Sequence record: NC_048048.2
Direction: 5' to 3' (one strand)
Length of the DNA: 64,000 nt
Positions 35,112-43,756 of the stretch are shown piece after piece. A model generated the notes under the pieces. The model saw nothing but the letters and a program-made list of their open reading frames with translations, made no database searches and was not told where the DNA came from. A program made the position numbers and the translations under genes. Positions within the stretch are counted from its first letter, which is position 1. The number at the start of each line of letters is the position of its first letter.

Positions 35112-35303
35112 GTGGAGCCTTCCGTCGTGAGTGTGGCGGCAGCAGGCGCGGTGGGGGCTTACGCCGCCCAGCGTATGCGTGAGGGAGGCTACCCGCCTCT
35201 CGCGCCCATGACCCGCGCCGAGAAGTGGGGTCTCGTAGGGGAGGCTGTGGTCATCGTCATGATCTTCGCCGCCCTGGCCTGGGTCTACAGTCTGGGGTCC
35301 TGA
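35112..35303 (+). CDS. TM peptide (start uncertain)
   Basis: KWGLVGEAVVIVMIFAALAWVY; TGATG overlap with the resolvase gene. Confidence 0.55.
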   Translation: MEPSVVSVAAAGAVGAYAAQRMREGGYPPLAPMTRAEKWGLVGEAVVIVMIFAALAWVYSLGS

Positions 35304-35821
35304 TGTCTAGAATTCTCGGCGTCGACCCCGGCGTCAAGGGCGCCCTGGCCCTGCTCGACACCACCAACTGGACCATCGCCATCCGCGACATGCCCCTGGA
35401 GATCGGCACCAAGGGCAAGGAGAAGGTCTCCGCGCGCGGTCTGCTCGATGCGATCGCCGCCGCCAAGCCCGACGCGGCTTTCCTCGAAGAGGTCTACGCC
35501 TCGCCGCAGATGGGCGTGACCTCGGCCTTCTCGTTCGGCGACGGCTTTGGCTGCACCCGCACCGCGATCCTGGCCTATGGCTGCGTCCTTTGGCCGATCC
35601 GTCCCCAGGTGTGGAAGGCGGCCATGAAGGTCCCCAAGGACAAGAAGCAGGCCACCACCCGCGCCAGCCAGCTTGTCCCGGCCGCCCACGGCCTGTTCTT
35701 CGGCCCGCGCGGCGGCGCCTTCGATGGCCGAGCCGAAGCTGCGCTCCTGGCCCTCTATGGCTGCTTCCACCTGAAATCCACGCCCCCCAGGCCTCTCAAG
35801 GTCGTCGAGTTCCCCGAGTAG
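35303..35821 (+). CDS. RuvC-like Holliday junction resolvase
   Basis: ILGVDPG, FLEEV, FSFG, WK, DGRAEAALLA: the RuvC D-E-D/E acidic set. Confidence 0.85.
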   Translation: MSRILGVDPGVKGALALLDTTNWTIAIRDMPLEIGTKGKEKVSARGLLDAIAAAKPDAAFLEEVYASPQMGVTSAFSFGDGFGCTRTAILAYGCVLWPIRPQVWKAAMKVPKDKKQATTRASQLVPAAHGLFFGPRGGAFDGRAEAALLALYGCFHLKSTPPRPLKVVEFPE

Positions 35822-35829
35822 TACCCAGT

Positions 35830-36339
35830 ATGACCTTTTTCACCGTCCAGCCCTACCGGGTCCGCCAGCGCAAGACGCGGCTGAAGATCAAGAGCGCCCT
35901 GGAGCGCATCGACCTGATGCCGCGCCCGCAGGCCACAGTCCACCCGTTCGCGCCCAAGAAAAAGCGCGCCCGACTGACCGGGCCATACCAACCGGTGACC
36001 GGCCATACCCGGCCCTACCAAGTGATCGGCGGCGTCCATCCGGTCTATGACGAGTGCTTCGCCACCGCCGACCACGTCTACGAGGAACCGCGCAGCCCCC
36101 AGATCGTCCCGACCGGCATCCTCGACGAGCGCGGGATCATGCTCTGCCGCGTCTCCATGCCGATCAAGCAGCAGATGGGCTTTTGCACCGGCGGCAACGC
36201 CTGGACCGGTGACTTCGACGAGGAGGTCGAGGCCCTGATGCCGGCCGACATGCTGCGCATCTCCACCGGCGGCGGCGGGGTCAGCGAGATCGACGCCTCC
36301 GAGTTCGACGAGGACTTCGACGACGAGGACGAGGACTGA
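35830..36339 (+). CDS. hypothetical protein with acidic tail
   Basis: ends SEFDEDFDDEDED. Confidence 0.75.
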   Translation: MTFFTVQPYRVRQRKTRLKIKSALERIDLMPRPQATVHPFAPKKKRARLTGPYQPVTGHTRPYQVIGGVHPVYDECFATADHVYEEPRSPQIVPTGILDERGIMLCRVSMPIKQQMGFCTGGNAWTGDFDEEVEALMPADMLRISTGGGGVSEIDASEFDEDFDDEDED

Positions 36340-36566
36340 TGGCCTATTTCAACGACCGCGATTGGCAGATGGCCGGCCTGATGCTCGCCCTGGGCATGGT
36401 CACCCTGTTCGCCATCATCGGCGCGGCTATCGGCGCCGTCGTCGCCCTGCCGTTCATGCTCTGGTACCACGACTTTTTGCCGCTGCCGGCCTTTCTGGCC
36501 GTTGGCGCCGGGGCGGGCGTGGTCTTCACCGGCGTGGCCATGCGCCCCTGGGACATCCTGGCATGA
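36339..36566 (+). CDS. two-TM membrane protein
   Basis: TGATG overlap; two hydrophobic segments. Confidence 0.7.
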   Translation: MAYFNDRDWQMAGLMLALGMVTLFAIIGAAIGAVVALPFMLWYHDFLPLPAFLAVGAGAGVVFTGVAMRPWDILA

Positions 36567-36886
36567 CCCGCGCCACCGATGCGATGCTCAAGCTCGCCGC
36601 CGAGATCGAGGAGGCCGAAAGCCGCCTGTCGGCCGCCACCGACTACTGGGCCGATCGCCAGAAGGACTACCTCAACGCCACCGAGGAGACCGACGACGCC
36701 AAGGTCCTGGCCGCCATTCAACTCAAAGCCCTGGTCGCCTATGAGCAGGTGGTCGACGCCATCGCCTTCAAGGGCGTGATGGTCGTCCAGCTTCGACGCC
36801 TCCAGAAGGCCCGCAGCGACGAGATCGCCCGCCGGGGCCAAGCCCGCAAGCGCCTGGGCGGCGCCGACGATCGCGAGGCGGCCTGA
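36563..36886 (+). CDS. coiled-coil hypothetical protein
   Basis: ATGA overlap. Confidence 0.75.
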   Translation: MTRATDAMLKLAAEIEEAESRLSAATDYWADRQKDYLNATEETDDAKVLAAIQLKALVAYEQVVDAIAFKGVMVVQLRRLQKARSDEIARRGQARKRLGGADDREAA

Positions 36887-36887
36887 C

Positions 36888-37610
36888 ATGCCCGTGCTCG
36901 CCAACGCCAAGCAGGAGCTTTACTGCAAGCACCGCGCCAACGGCTTCGTGCCCAAGAAGGCCGCCCAGGCCGCCGGCTACGCCACCGGCAGCGCCGTCTA
37001 CCAGGGCCTGGAGGAAGACGCCGATGTCGTCGCCCGCATCCATGAACTGATCGACGAGCGCAATGAGGCGAAAGCCGCGCGCATGGCCGCCGCCCAGGCC
37101 AAGGCGCTCGCCGAGGGCCACACCGTCGGCACCATGACCGGCGTCTCCCACGCCTGGGTCATCGAGCAATTGAAGATGAACGCCGAGGACGCGCGCGAGA
37201 GCGGCGACTTCAAGGAAAGCAACGCGTCCCTGAAGCTGATCGGCGAAGCCTTGGGCATGTGGGGCGGAGGCCTTGCCGGCAAGGACGGCGCCGGCCCTGG
37301 CCTGCTCAATGGACCGGGCGAAGGCCCGACCCTGATCGACATCGACTCGATCGAGAAGCTGATCGGCGTCACCGACCAGTTCCACCAAGCCGCCTTGGCC
37401 GCGCCCGCCGAACTCAGTGTCGAGGACCGCGACATCGCCATGAACCTGATCGCGGGCCAGGGCTCGAAGAATCTGGCTGGCGATCGCCAGCTTTCCACCG
37501 GCAGCGAGACCGACGTCGCCCTGCAACTGCTCGACGCCCTTGACGAGGGCGAGAGCGAAATCGCCGCGCGCGAGATCATCCCGCCGCCGCCCTATCAAGA
37601 CGAGGACTAG
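36888..37610 (+). CDS. terS: terminase small subunit
   Basis: LANAKQELYC...KKAAQAAGYA...VVARIHEL (Terminase_2-type N-terminus); upstream of TerL. Confidence 0.75.
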   Translation: MPVLANAKQELYCKHRANGFVPKKAAQAAGYATGSAVYQGLEEDADVVARIHELIDERNEAKAARMAAAQAKALAEGHTVGTMTGVSHAWVIEQLKMNAEDARESGDFKESNASLKLIGEALGMWGGGLAGKDGAGPGLLNGPGEGPTLIDIDSIEKLIGVTDQFHQAALAAPAELSVEDRDIAMNLIAGQGSKNLAGDRQLSTGSETDVALQLLDALDEGESEIAAREIIPPPPYQDED

Positions 37611-37615
37611 AGATC

Positions 37616-37765
37616 ATGGGCCAGCCCAACTTCGCTCCCAATTCGCCGCTGGTCGGCTTCAAGAAGTTCCTGCTCGGCGGCACGGCCGTCTATCGCCTCG
37701 CCATGACCGAGACCACCGTCAAGTCGGCCTATGGCGAGATCAAGGCCTGGGGCGTGCGGGGCTGA
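37616..37765 (+). CDS. 49-aa hypothetical protein
   Basis: MGQPNFAPNS...WGVRG*, coupled downstream. Confidence 0.55.
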   Translation: MGQPNFAPNSPLVGFKKFLLGGTAVYRLAMTETTVKSAYGEIKAWGVRG

Positions 37766-37914
37766 TGCGCGCGCGTCTGGCCCTCCTCCTGGCCGGGATC
37801 ACCGGCGCTCTGGTCTTGTCGCTCACCCGCCCGGTCAGCGCCAGGACCAAGCTGATCTCCCTGGCCGCGCGTCCGCCCTGGGTGGGCAGAAAGCTCCCCG
37901 CCCACACCGCCTGA
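37765..37914 (+). CDS. 49-aa protein with signal/TM segment
   Basis: MRARLALLLAGITGALVLSL; TGATG overlap. Confidence 0.5.
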   Translation: MRARLALLLAGITGALVLSLTRPVSARTKLISLAARPPWVGRKLPAHTA

Positions 37915-38001
37915 AACCTTTCAAGGCCCGCCCGATCAACGAGGCGGGCCAAACCCATTTTCGATGACGAGTAGCCCTCACCAACCTGGACTGCTCATCC
38001 T

Positions 38002-40818
38002 GTGACCCTTAGTACCCTTAAGCCCCCCGTTTCGCCCTATCCCCACGAGGAGCGCGCCAAGCGTCGCGCCGGCGTGCGCCGCATGCGCAAGCTCGCCGAG
38101 GACATCCGCGACGATCACGTCCGGGGCCGGGACCAGGACCCCCAGCGCGCCACCGCCGCCACCGCCATCACCGGCGTGTCCGAGCCCCGGCACCAAGTCG
38201 CCGTGCTGGAGCAGATCGCCGACAAAATCCAGACCGAGCACCTGGACAAGCTCTATCCGCTGGCGCGCGACGACTTCTCGGCCTTCTGCGAGGTCATCAG
38301 CCCCGAGGAGCCGCCCGAAAGCCCCTGGCACATCTGGCTGACAAATTTCCTGCAAGAGGTCGAGCTTTCGCCCGATCTCAACAAGGTCGTGCTCAACGTG
38401 CCGCCCGGCCACGCCAAGCCCCTGCACGAGGACACCCTGGTGCTGATGGGCGATGGCGCCTATCGGCCGCTCAAGGACATCGCCGTCGGCGATACGGTCT
38501 GGACCCATGCCGGCCGCGCCCGCCCCGTCACCGCCGTCCACGAGCAGGGCAAGCTTTCCACCGTCGAGATCGTCACCGAGGCCGGCCGTATCGTGCGCGC
38601 CGCCCCCGACCACCCGTTCCTGGTCAAGCTGGGGACCAGGGACGATGGGACCCCGATCGCCGAGTGGATCAACGCCGGCGACCTGCGGCCGGGCATGCCC
38701 GTGGTGCTCTCGGCCCACAAGCCGCCGAGCATTGAGCGCCTGCGCTATGACGGCGACCACACCACGCCCGAGACCTACGACAAGCACCTGCGCCGGGCCG
38801 AGGCGCTGGGCTACATGGCGCTGGGCGGCGCCCTGCACTGGCAGAAGTCCAAGACCCAGGTCACCCCCTCGCCGGACTTTAGGCTGTCGACCCACAAGCG
38901 CGCGCTGATGAAGCACATCGTCAAGCTGGTCAAGACCGGCCTTGGCCATCACATCAGCGTCTGCAAGGTCGCCTCCCAGAACACCTTCGTCGCGCGCCTG
39001 GGCGTCAAGGGCTTTCGCGATCTCAACGCCGGCGACTGGTTCACCTACGAGCCCGAAAAGCGCCGCGTCCCGCCGGTCATCTTCACGTCGAGCAAGGACG
39101 AGATCGCCGCCTTTCTGGGCGCGGCCTTCTCCCTGCGCGGCGAGGTCATCCGCCGGCTGCGCGGCAAGAACCTGCGCCTCTACCATCGCTCGATGGACCT
39201 GCTGCTGGACGTGCAGAAGTTGTGTGCGACGCTGGGGGCCACAGGAAGCCTCGACAGGGGCGATCCTGATTTTGGCGGCCGACCCTGCCTGAACCTCGAC
39301 TTCGCCGCTGTGGAGGCCCTCCAGGCGGCCGGAGTGACCTTCGACGGCGAGACCGACATCGACCTCGTCAACCAGCCGCCCTTCACCATGCTGATCCCGC
39401 GTCCGAGCGACACCGACGCGGTCGTCTCGGTGCTGCCGGCCAAGAAGGCCCGCTGCCTGTGCCTGACCGTCGAGGAGGACCACAGCTTCACGGCCGAGAC
39501 CCTGGTGGTCAAGAACTCCACCTACGCCTCGCGCCTGTTCGTGGCGTGGCGCCTGGGCCGCGATCCCAACCAGCGCATCATCGGCGGCGGCCACAGCCAG
39601 AACTTCGTCGAAAACGAGTTCTCGGCCAAAATCCGCAACATCGTCGAGAGCCCCGAGTTCCAGCGCGTCTTCCCCGGCATCACCGTCGACCACAAGACCA
39701 ACGCCAAGCAGCAGTGGGCGATCGCCGGCTACAAGGGCCAGTACGTGGCGCGCGGCGTGGGCCAGGGCATCCACGGTTTCCGCGCCACCTTCATCTGCGT
39801 CGACGACCCCTACTCCAAGATCGAGGACGCCAACAGCCCCGTCCACCGCCGCAAGGTCGAGCAGTGGTTCGACGCCGATATCGGCTCTCGCGCCCTGCCC
39901 AACTGCAAGACCTTCCTCATCATGACCCGCTTCCATGGCGAGGATTTGACTAATCACCTGGAGGAGATGAATAAGGTCCTCCCCGACAATGCAAAGTGGA
40001 AGATCGTTACTGTTCCGGCGATCTGTTTTGATGAAGAGACTGATCTTCTAGGCCGCAAGATCGGGGAATTTTTGTGGGATTACTATCCGTTGTCCTACTT
40101 TGTTGACAAGAAGATTCAGTTTGGATTTTTGGGTTTCGCCCTCACCTACCAACAGGTGTCGTCTGCCGCAAATCCCGACAACATCGCCAGCAAGTTCAAC
40201 TTCTACGATTTTCTGCCCCACGAGTCGCCTGAAGCCAAGGCCCGCGCGCCGCTCGACCAGTTCGGTCGGCCGCAGATTAACGAGAGTGATTTTTACCGGC
40301 GCACCATCGTCTCGGTCGACACCGCCTCCAAGACCACCGAACGGGCCGACTACACCGTCGTCCAGGTCTGGCGCGAGGATTTCAAGGGCAAGCACTATCT
40401 CGTCCATCAGGATCGCCGGAAGGTTGAGTTCAACGATCTGATCTCGATGATCGAGGCGCCGGCCATCAAGTACCGGGCCGATCAAATCCTTGTCGAGGAC
40501 AAGGGCTCGGGCACCCAGTACCTCCAGAACCGGGGCTCGACCGACAACCAGAAGCGTCAGGCCCCCTGCCCGCTGGTGGCGGTCAATCCGGGCGTGGCCG
40601 GCAAGAGCTTCCGCTTCGATGGGGTCACGCCGATGATCGAGGCCGGCGATGTCTGGCTGCCCAAGGACGCCCCCTGGATCGAGCAGCTTCTGGTCGAGGT
40701 GGGCCAGTTCCCCGACAGCGCCCACGATGACCAAGTCGACGCCATGAGCCAGTACCTCAACCACGCCAAGAAGAACCGCACCCGTTACGGCAGCCGCAAG
40801 ATCACCAAGCACACCTGA
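38002..40818 (+). CDS. terL: terminase large subunit, intein-containing (start uncertain)
   Basis: Walker A VPPGHAK/ST split by intein; Walker B ICVDDP; IMTRFH; nuclease SVDTAS, VEDKGSG and HDDQVDAMSQ. Confidence 0.95.
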   Translation: MTLSTLKPPVSPYPHEERAKRRAGVRRMRKLAEDIRDDHVRGRDQDPQRATAATAITGVSEPRHQVAVLEQIADKIQTEHLDKLYPLARDDFSAFCEVISPEEPPESPWHIWLTNFLQEVELSPDLNKVVLNVPPGHAKPLHEDTLVLMGDGAYRPLKDIAVGDTVWTHAGRARPVTAVHEQGKLSTVEIVTEAGRIVRAAPDHPFLVKLGTRDDGTPIAEWINAGDLRPGMPVVLSAHKPPSIERLRYDGDHTTPETYDKHLRRAEALGYMALGGALHWQKSKTQVTPSPDFRLSTHKRALMKHIVKLVKTGLGHHISVCKVASQNTFVARLGVKGFRDLNAGDWFTYEPEKRRVPPVIFTSSKDEIAAFLGAAFSLRGEVIRRLRGKNLRLYHRSMDLLLDVQKLCATLGATGSLDRGDPDFGGRPCLNLDFAAVEALQAAGVTFDGETDIDLVNQPPFTMLIPRPSDTDAVVSVLPAKKARCLCLTVEEDHSFTAETLVVKNSTYASRLFVAWRLGRDPNQRIIGGGHSQNFVENEFSAKIRNIVESPEFQRVFPGITVDHKTNAKQQWAIAGYKGQYVARGVGQGIHGFRATFICVDDPYSKIEDANSPVHRRKVEQWFDADIGSRALPNCKTFLIMTRFHGEDLTNHLEEMNKVLPDNAKWKIVTVPAICFDEETDLLGRKIGEFLWDYYPLSYFVDKKIQFGFLGFALTYQQVSSAANPDNIASKFNFYDFLPHESPEAKARAPLDQFGRPQINESDFYRRTIVSVDTASKTTERADYTVVQVWREDFKGKHYLVHQDRRKVEFNDLISMIEAPAIKYRADQILVEDKGSGTQYLQNRGSTDNQKRQAPCPLVAVNPGVAGKSFRFDGVTPMIEAGDVWLPKDAPWIEQLLVEVGQFPDSAHDDQVDAMSQYLNHAKKNRTRYGSRKITKHT
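38419..39516 (+). mobile_element. 366-aa intein with degenerate LAGLIDADG domain
   Basis: block A PLHEDTLV, block B AAPDHPF, block F RCLCLTVEEDHSF, block G VVKN/S; block C LGYMALGG and block E FLGAAFSLRG. Confidence 0.9.
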
Positions 40819-41258
40819 TGACCACCCTGGCTTACAAGGACGGCGTCCTGGCCGCCGACACCCGCATCTGCGACGGCACCCTGATGCTGGGCGTCTTCAC
40901 CAAGATCAGGCGCATCGGCCCGGTCTTGACGGCCGGCTGCGGCAACGCCCAGGACGTGGCCAAGTTCAACGCCTGGGTCAGCAGCGGGATGGAGGGCGAG
41001 TTCAGTATGGGCGAAAGCGAGTGCTGGCTGATCGCCCCCGGCCAGCCTGTCCTGATCTACGAGAACGACACCTTCCTGCGCATCGACGCGCCGTTCTACG
41101 CCAGCGGCACGGGCGGCGAGATCGCCCGAGGCGCCATGGCGATGGGGGCCGACGCGGTCACGGCCGTGCGCCAAGCCATCCTCCACGACAGCGCCACAGG
41201 CCCGCCGATCGACGTCCTCTACCTGGACGGCCGCCCCGGCGAGCGGCTGGCGGCCTGA
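40818..41258 (+). CDS. HslV/proteasome-beta-like Ntn hydrolase
   Basis: MTTLAY...LAADT...TKI...AGCG...ASGTGGEIARGAM...D..TG. Confidence 0.8.
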   Translation: MTTLAYKDGVLAADTRICDGTLMLGVFTKIRRIGPVLTAGCGNAQDVAKFNAWVSSGMEGEFSMGESECWLIAPGQPVLIYENDTFLRIDAPFYASGTGGEIARGAMAMGADAVTAVRQAILHDSATGPPIDVLYLDGRPGERLAA

Positions 41259-41330
41259 TCCGCCCAAGACCACGATCGGCGACATCTTCAGACAGTCGCC
41301 GATCGTCGACTTTGCCCCCTGTGGGGCGCG

Positions 41331-41371
41331 TTAACCATGTTTGTTTACCCTCTTTGGCCCGTTAACCTTAA
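41331..41371. promoter_or_regulatory. CtrA-type half sites
   Basis: TTAACCAT at 41331 and TTAACCTTAA at 41362 in the intergenic gap. Confidence 0.5.
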
Positions 41372-41434
41372 TAAAATCCCTGGTAGTACCAAGTAGGACC
41401 GGCACTACCAGCGGTAATACCGGAGAAAACGCCC

Positions 41435-41998
41435 GTGTTTCGCTACATCGCTGCCCTTTTCGACCACATCGTCCACTACAAGCTCGCCCCCGCCCACCTG
41501 AAGGTGGAGAACCAGGGCGCCCTGGAGCGGCTCCAGGCGGCCGATCGCCAGATCGAGGCCGGCGTCTATGCCGGCAGCGACGTGCGCGGCACCCGCGCCT
41601 ACGCCTTCCACCACATCCCGCCGCGCGAGCGCCTGATCGCCGCCAACAAGGGCCGCGACGTCACCAGCCTCACCCCGCGCCGCGAGCGTCGCCTGTCGGT
41701 GGCCGGCAAGAAGCCCTGGGAGCCGCTGCTGGTCACCGAGCCGCCGCGTGATCCCGAGGAACTGGCGCGCGAGCGCGAGGATGAGGCCCGTGCCCTGCGC
41801 GACAGCGCCGAGCATCTGGCCAAGCGCGCGGCCACGCGTCTGGCGCGCCAGCGGATGCGCGAACGCTACGCGCCTTATCGCAGCGCGGGTCAGGAGGTGC
41901 TGAGCAACGTCGGCCTGGACGCCACCTGGGTGCGGGCTGGCTATCAGCAGGCCATCGACGACGCCCATCCGATCGCCGAGACCCCGGACGAAGTCTAG
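41435..41998 (+). CDS. hypothetical protein
   Basis: GGAGA SD before GTG. Confidence 0.75.
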   Translation: MFRYIAALFDHIVHYKLAPAHLKVENQGALERLQAADRQIEAGVYAGSDVRGTRAYAFHHIPPRERLIAANKGRDVTSLTPRRERRLSVAGKKPWEPLLVTEPPRDPEELAREREDEARALRDSAEHLAKRAATRLARQRMRERYAPYRSAGQEVLSNVGLDATWVRAGYQQAIDDAHPIAETPDEV

Positions 41999-42100
41999 GG
42001 ACCCTCGTCCCAACCGCTCGGGGACCCGGCCGGAAAAAGGCCAGGGACCCTGGCGGAAAAACCTCCAGGGACCCTGCGCCAGACGAGCCAGGGACCCTGG
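41996..42100. repeat. GGGACCC repeat cluster
   Basis: five GGGACCC, three as CCAGGGACCCTG (42041, 42065, 42088). Confidence 0.8.
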
Positions 42101-42138
42101 CCAAAATCGCTTCCAACCCAGACGGAAATTCGTAAGCC

Positions 42139-42285
42139 ATGCCCCACGACCTCCTCGCCCTCGTCTATTTCACCCTGGCCAGCCTCCTGGCGCTCGCCAT
42201 CCTCTTTGGCGAACTCGACTGGGATATCGACGGCCGCCGGGGCAGCCTCAAAGGCCCGCTCGCCCCGCCCGGTCCTAGTTCATAG
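42139..42285 (+). CDS. 48-aa TM peptide
   Basis: MPHDLLALVYFTLASLLALAILFG. Confidence 0.55.
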   Translation: MPHDLLALVYFTLASLLALAILFGELDWDIDGRRGSLKGPLAPPGPSS

Positions 42286-42922
42286 TTTTCGTGACAACAT
42301 TTGATTTCATTGGGCTTTTTGGCCTGCTGTCACGATTCAAAAGGTTTCACGCGTGCCCCGAGCCCTGCAAATCCACCCAAAATGGGCGATTTTGATCGAT
42401 CTCGGGCTCTGGCTGATCGTCAGGATCATCGCATTGGTCCACAATGCGAGGCCGGAGGCCGGTGCGCCACCCACCAAAGCGTGAGACATGTCAAGCCCCC
42501 TGGCTTGGCGTGTCATAGTTTGTCCGAAAGGTGACAGGGCGGGCGCAAAAGAAATCCGGTTGACTCCGCAAACCCAGGCCAGACTTGACGTTGCGCCATT
42601 CTCCGCAGGTCTTGCGGCGATTGCCCAGGCTATTCTCCGCACGTGTCCGCAAAACCGCCTATGTGACGCCCTGCTTGACACGGCGGGGGCGCTGTGACAC
42701 ACAAAAGGCTCGGGCGTGCGCTCGGATGGAAAGCCCCGCTGTCGGCTTCACGCCAAGGCCTGGGTGGACCACCAGCGCTAGACCTGCCCGCCGGCGCCCT
42801 CGACCCCATGCGATCGCCGGCGGGACCCCACCGCCTTGGCCTGCCACACCCGGCGAGGACCCAGGGCGAGAAACGCCCACCAGAGCCCGCCGCCCTGGTG
42901 GGCGTTTTGGTGTCCGGGCCTG

Positions 42923-43125
42923 GACTTGACGTCGGCCCATTTCGCCGCCGACTTGACGCCGGATCATTTGCCCGGCCGACTTGACGCCAGCGCATTTCCC
43001 CCAGACTTGACGCGAACGCATTTCGAATTTGACGCGAGCGCGTTTCCTTCCCAAATTTGACGCGAGTCCATTTCAAACTTGACTTGACGTCATTTCATTT
43101 CCTTGACCTGACGCCGTTCCGTTCC
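42923..43125. repeat. array of 8 TTGACG-N6-CATTT units
   Basis: hexamer at 42926, 42953, 42981, 43007, 43029, 43057, 43084 and (CTGACG) 43108. Confidence 0.9.
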
Positions 43126-43133
43126 GCCGGGCC

Positions 43134-43360
43134 TTAAGGTTAACGGCGGATTAACCATACGGCGAGTAAGGTTAATTTTCAAGGTTAACGGGTAGGATGA
43201 ACGAACGTGGTTAACGGGCCTTAAGGTTAAATCTTAAGGTTAACAGGCGTTAAGGTTAACGCTTAGGGTGAAAAATTAAGGTTAACGCGCCCGGCCGGAC
43301 CGCCCAGGCCCTACCGGCGCCGTTAAGGTTAACGCCAGGGGTCGAATCGTTAAGGTTAAC
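43134..43360. repeat. dense TTAAGGTTAA / CtrA-type cluster
   Basis: about ten AGGTTAA/TTAAGGTTAA copies, including TTAA-N7-TTAACCAT. Confidence 0.85.
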
Positions 43361-43364
43361 ACCC

Positions 43365-43481
43365 AAAAACAGCGAAAATCAGCAAAAATCGTCCAAAAAC
43401 AGTGAAAATCAGCGAAAAATAGCGCTTTTCAGCCTGAAAATCGCAAAAAATCCGTGTTTTGGCCCATTTTTGGGTCATTTT
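43365..43481. other. helically phased A/T tracts (intrinsic bend)
   Basis: A4-6 at 43365, 43375, 43384, 43395, 43405, 43415, 43437, 43445; T tracts at 43426, 43457, 43467, 43478. Confidence 0.8.
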
Positions 43482-43550
43482 CGCGCTCTGACCCGCTTCT
43501 GGGCCAGCCCGAACGGGCGCCGGCCGGGTCGTGATCCCCCGGCCGGTGGG

Positions 43551-43613
43551 TCAGTGGAGAATCCAGAGCAACAGCGCCAGAGCCGCCAGTGACCAGCCGT
43601 TCAGCAATTTCAG
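43551..43613 (-). CDS. 20-aa hydrophobic peptide (KLL...LLWxLH family), CTG start
   Basis: (L/M)KLLNGWSLAALALLLWILH*; GAGAGG SD; similar to 53876 and 57615. Confidence 0.5.
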   Translation of the reverse strand: MKLLNGWSLAALALLLWILH

Positions 43614-43756
43614 GTGTGCGCCTCTCTCGTCTGCCGTGGCCGCTCGCCACGCTTCCTTCATCGCATACAAGAAAACTGTTGCCAAGCCCCAAAGATCGCT
43701 TGACAGCATAAAAGCCCAATGCGACAAGGGGACATCCAAACGGGAGACACCCCCCA

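Noticed and set aside
33428-35303. holin/spanin lysis cassette
   Set aside because: no endolysin, no lipobox-bearing o-spanin and too many distinct peptides; a holin among them cannot be excluded
37978-39957. 659-aa minus-strand ORF
   Set aside because: shadow of terL and its intein
42923-43125. CRISPR or mini-array interpretation of the TTGACG units
   Set aside because: constant part is 6+5 nt split by a variable 6-mer; period of 22-28 bp is too short for repeat plus spacer
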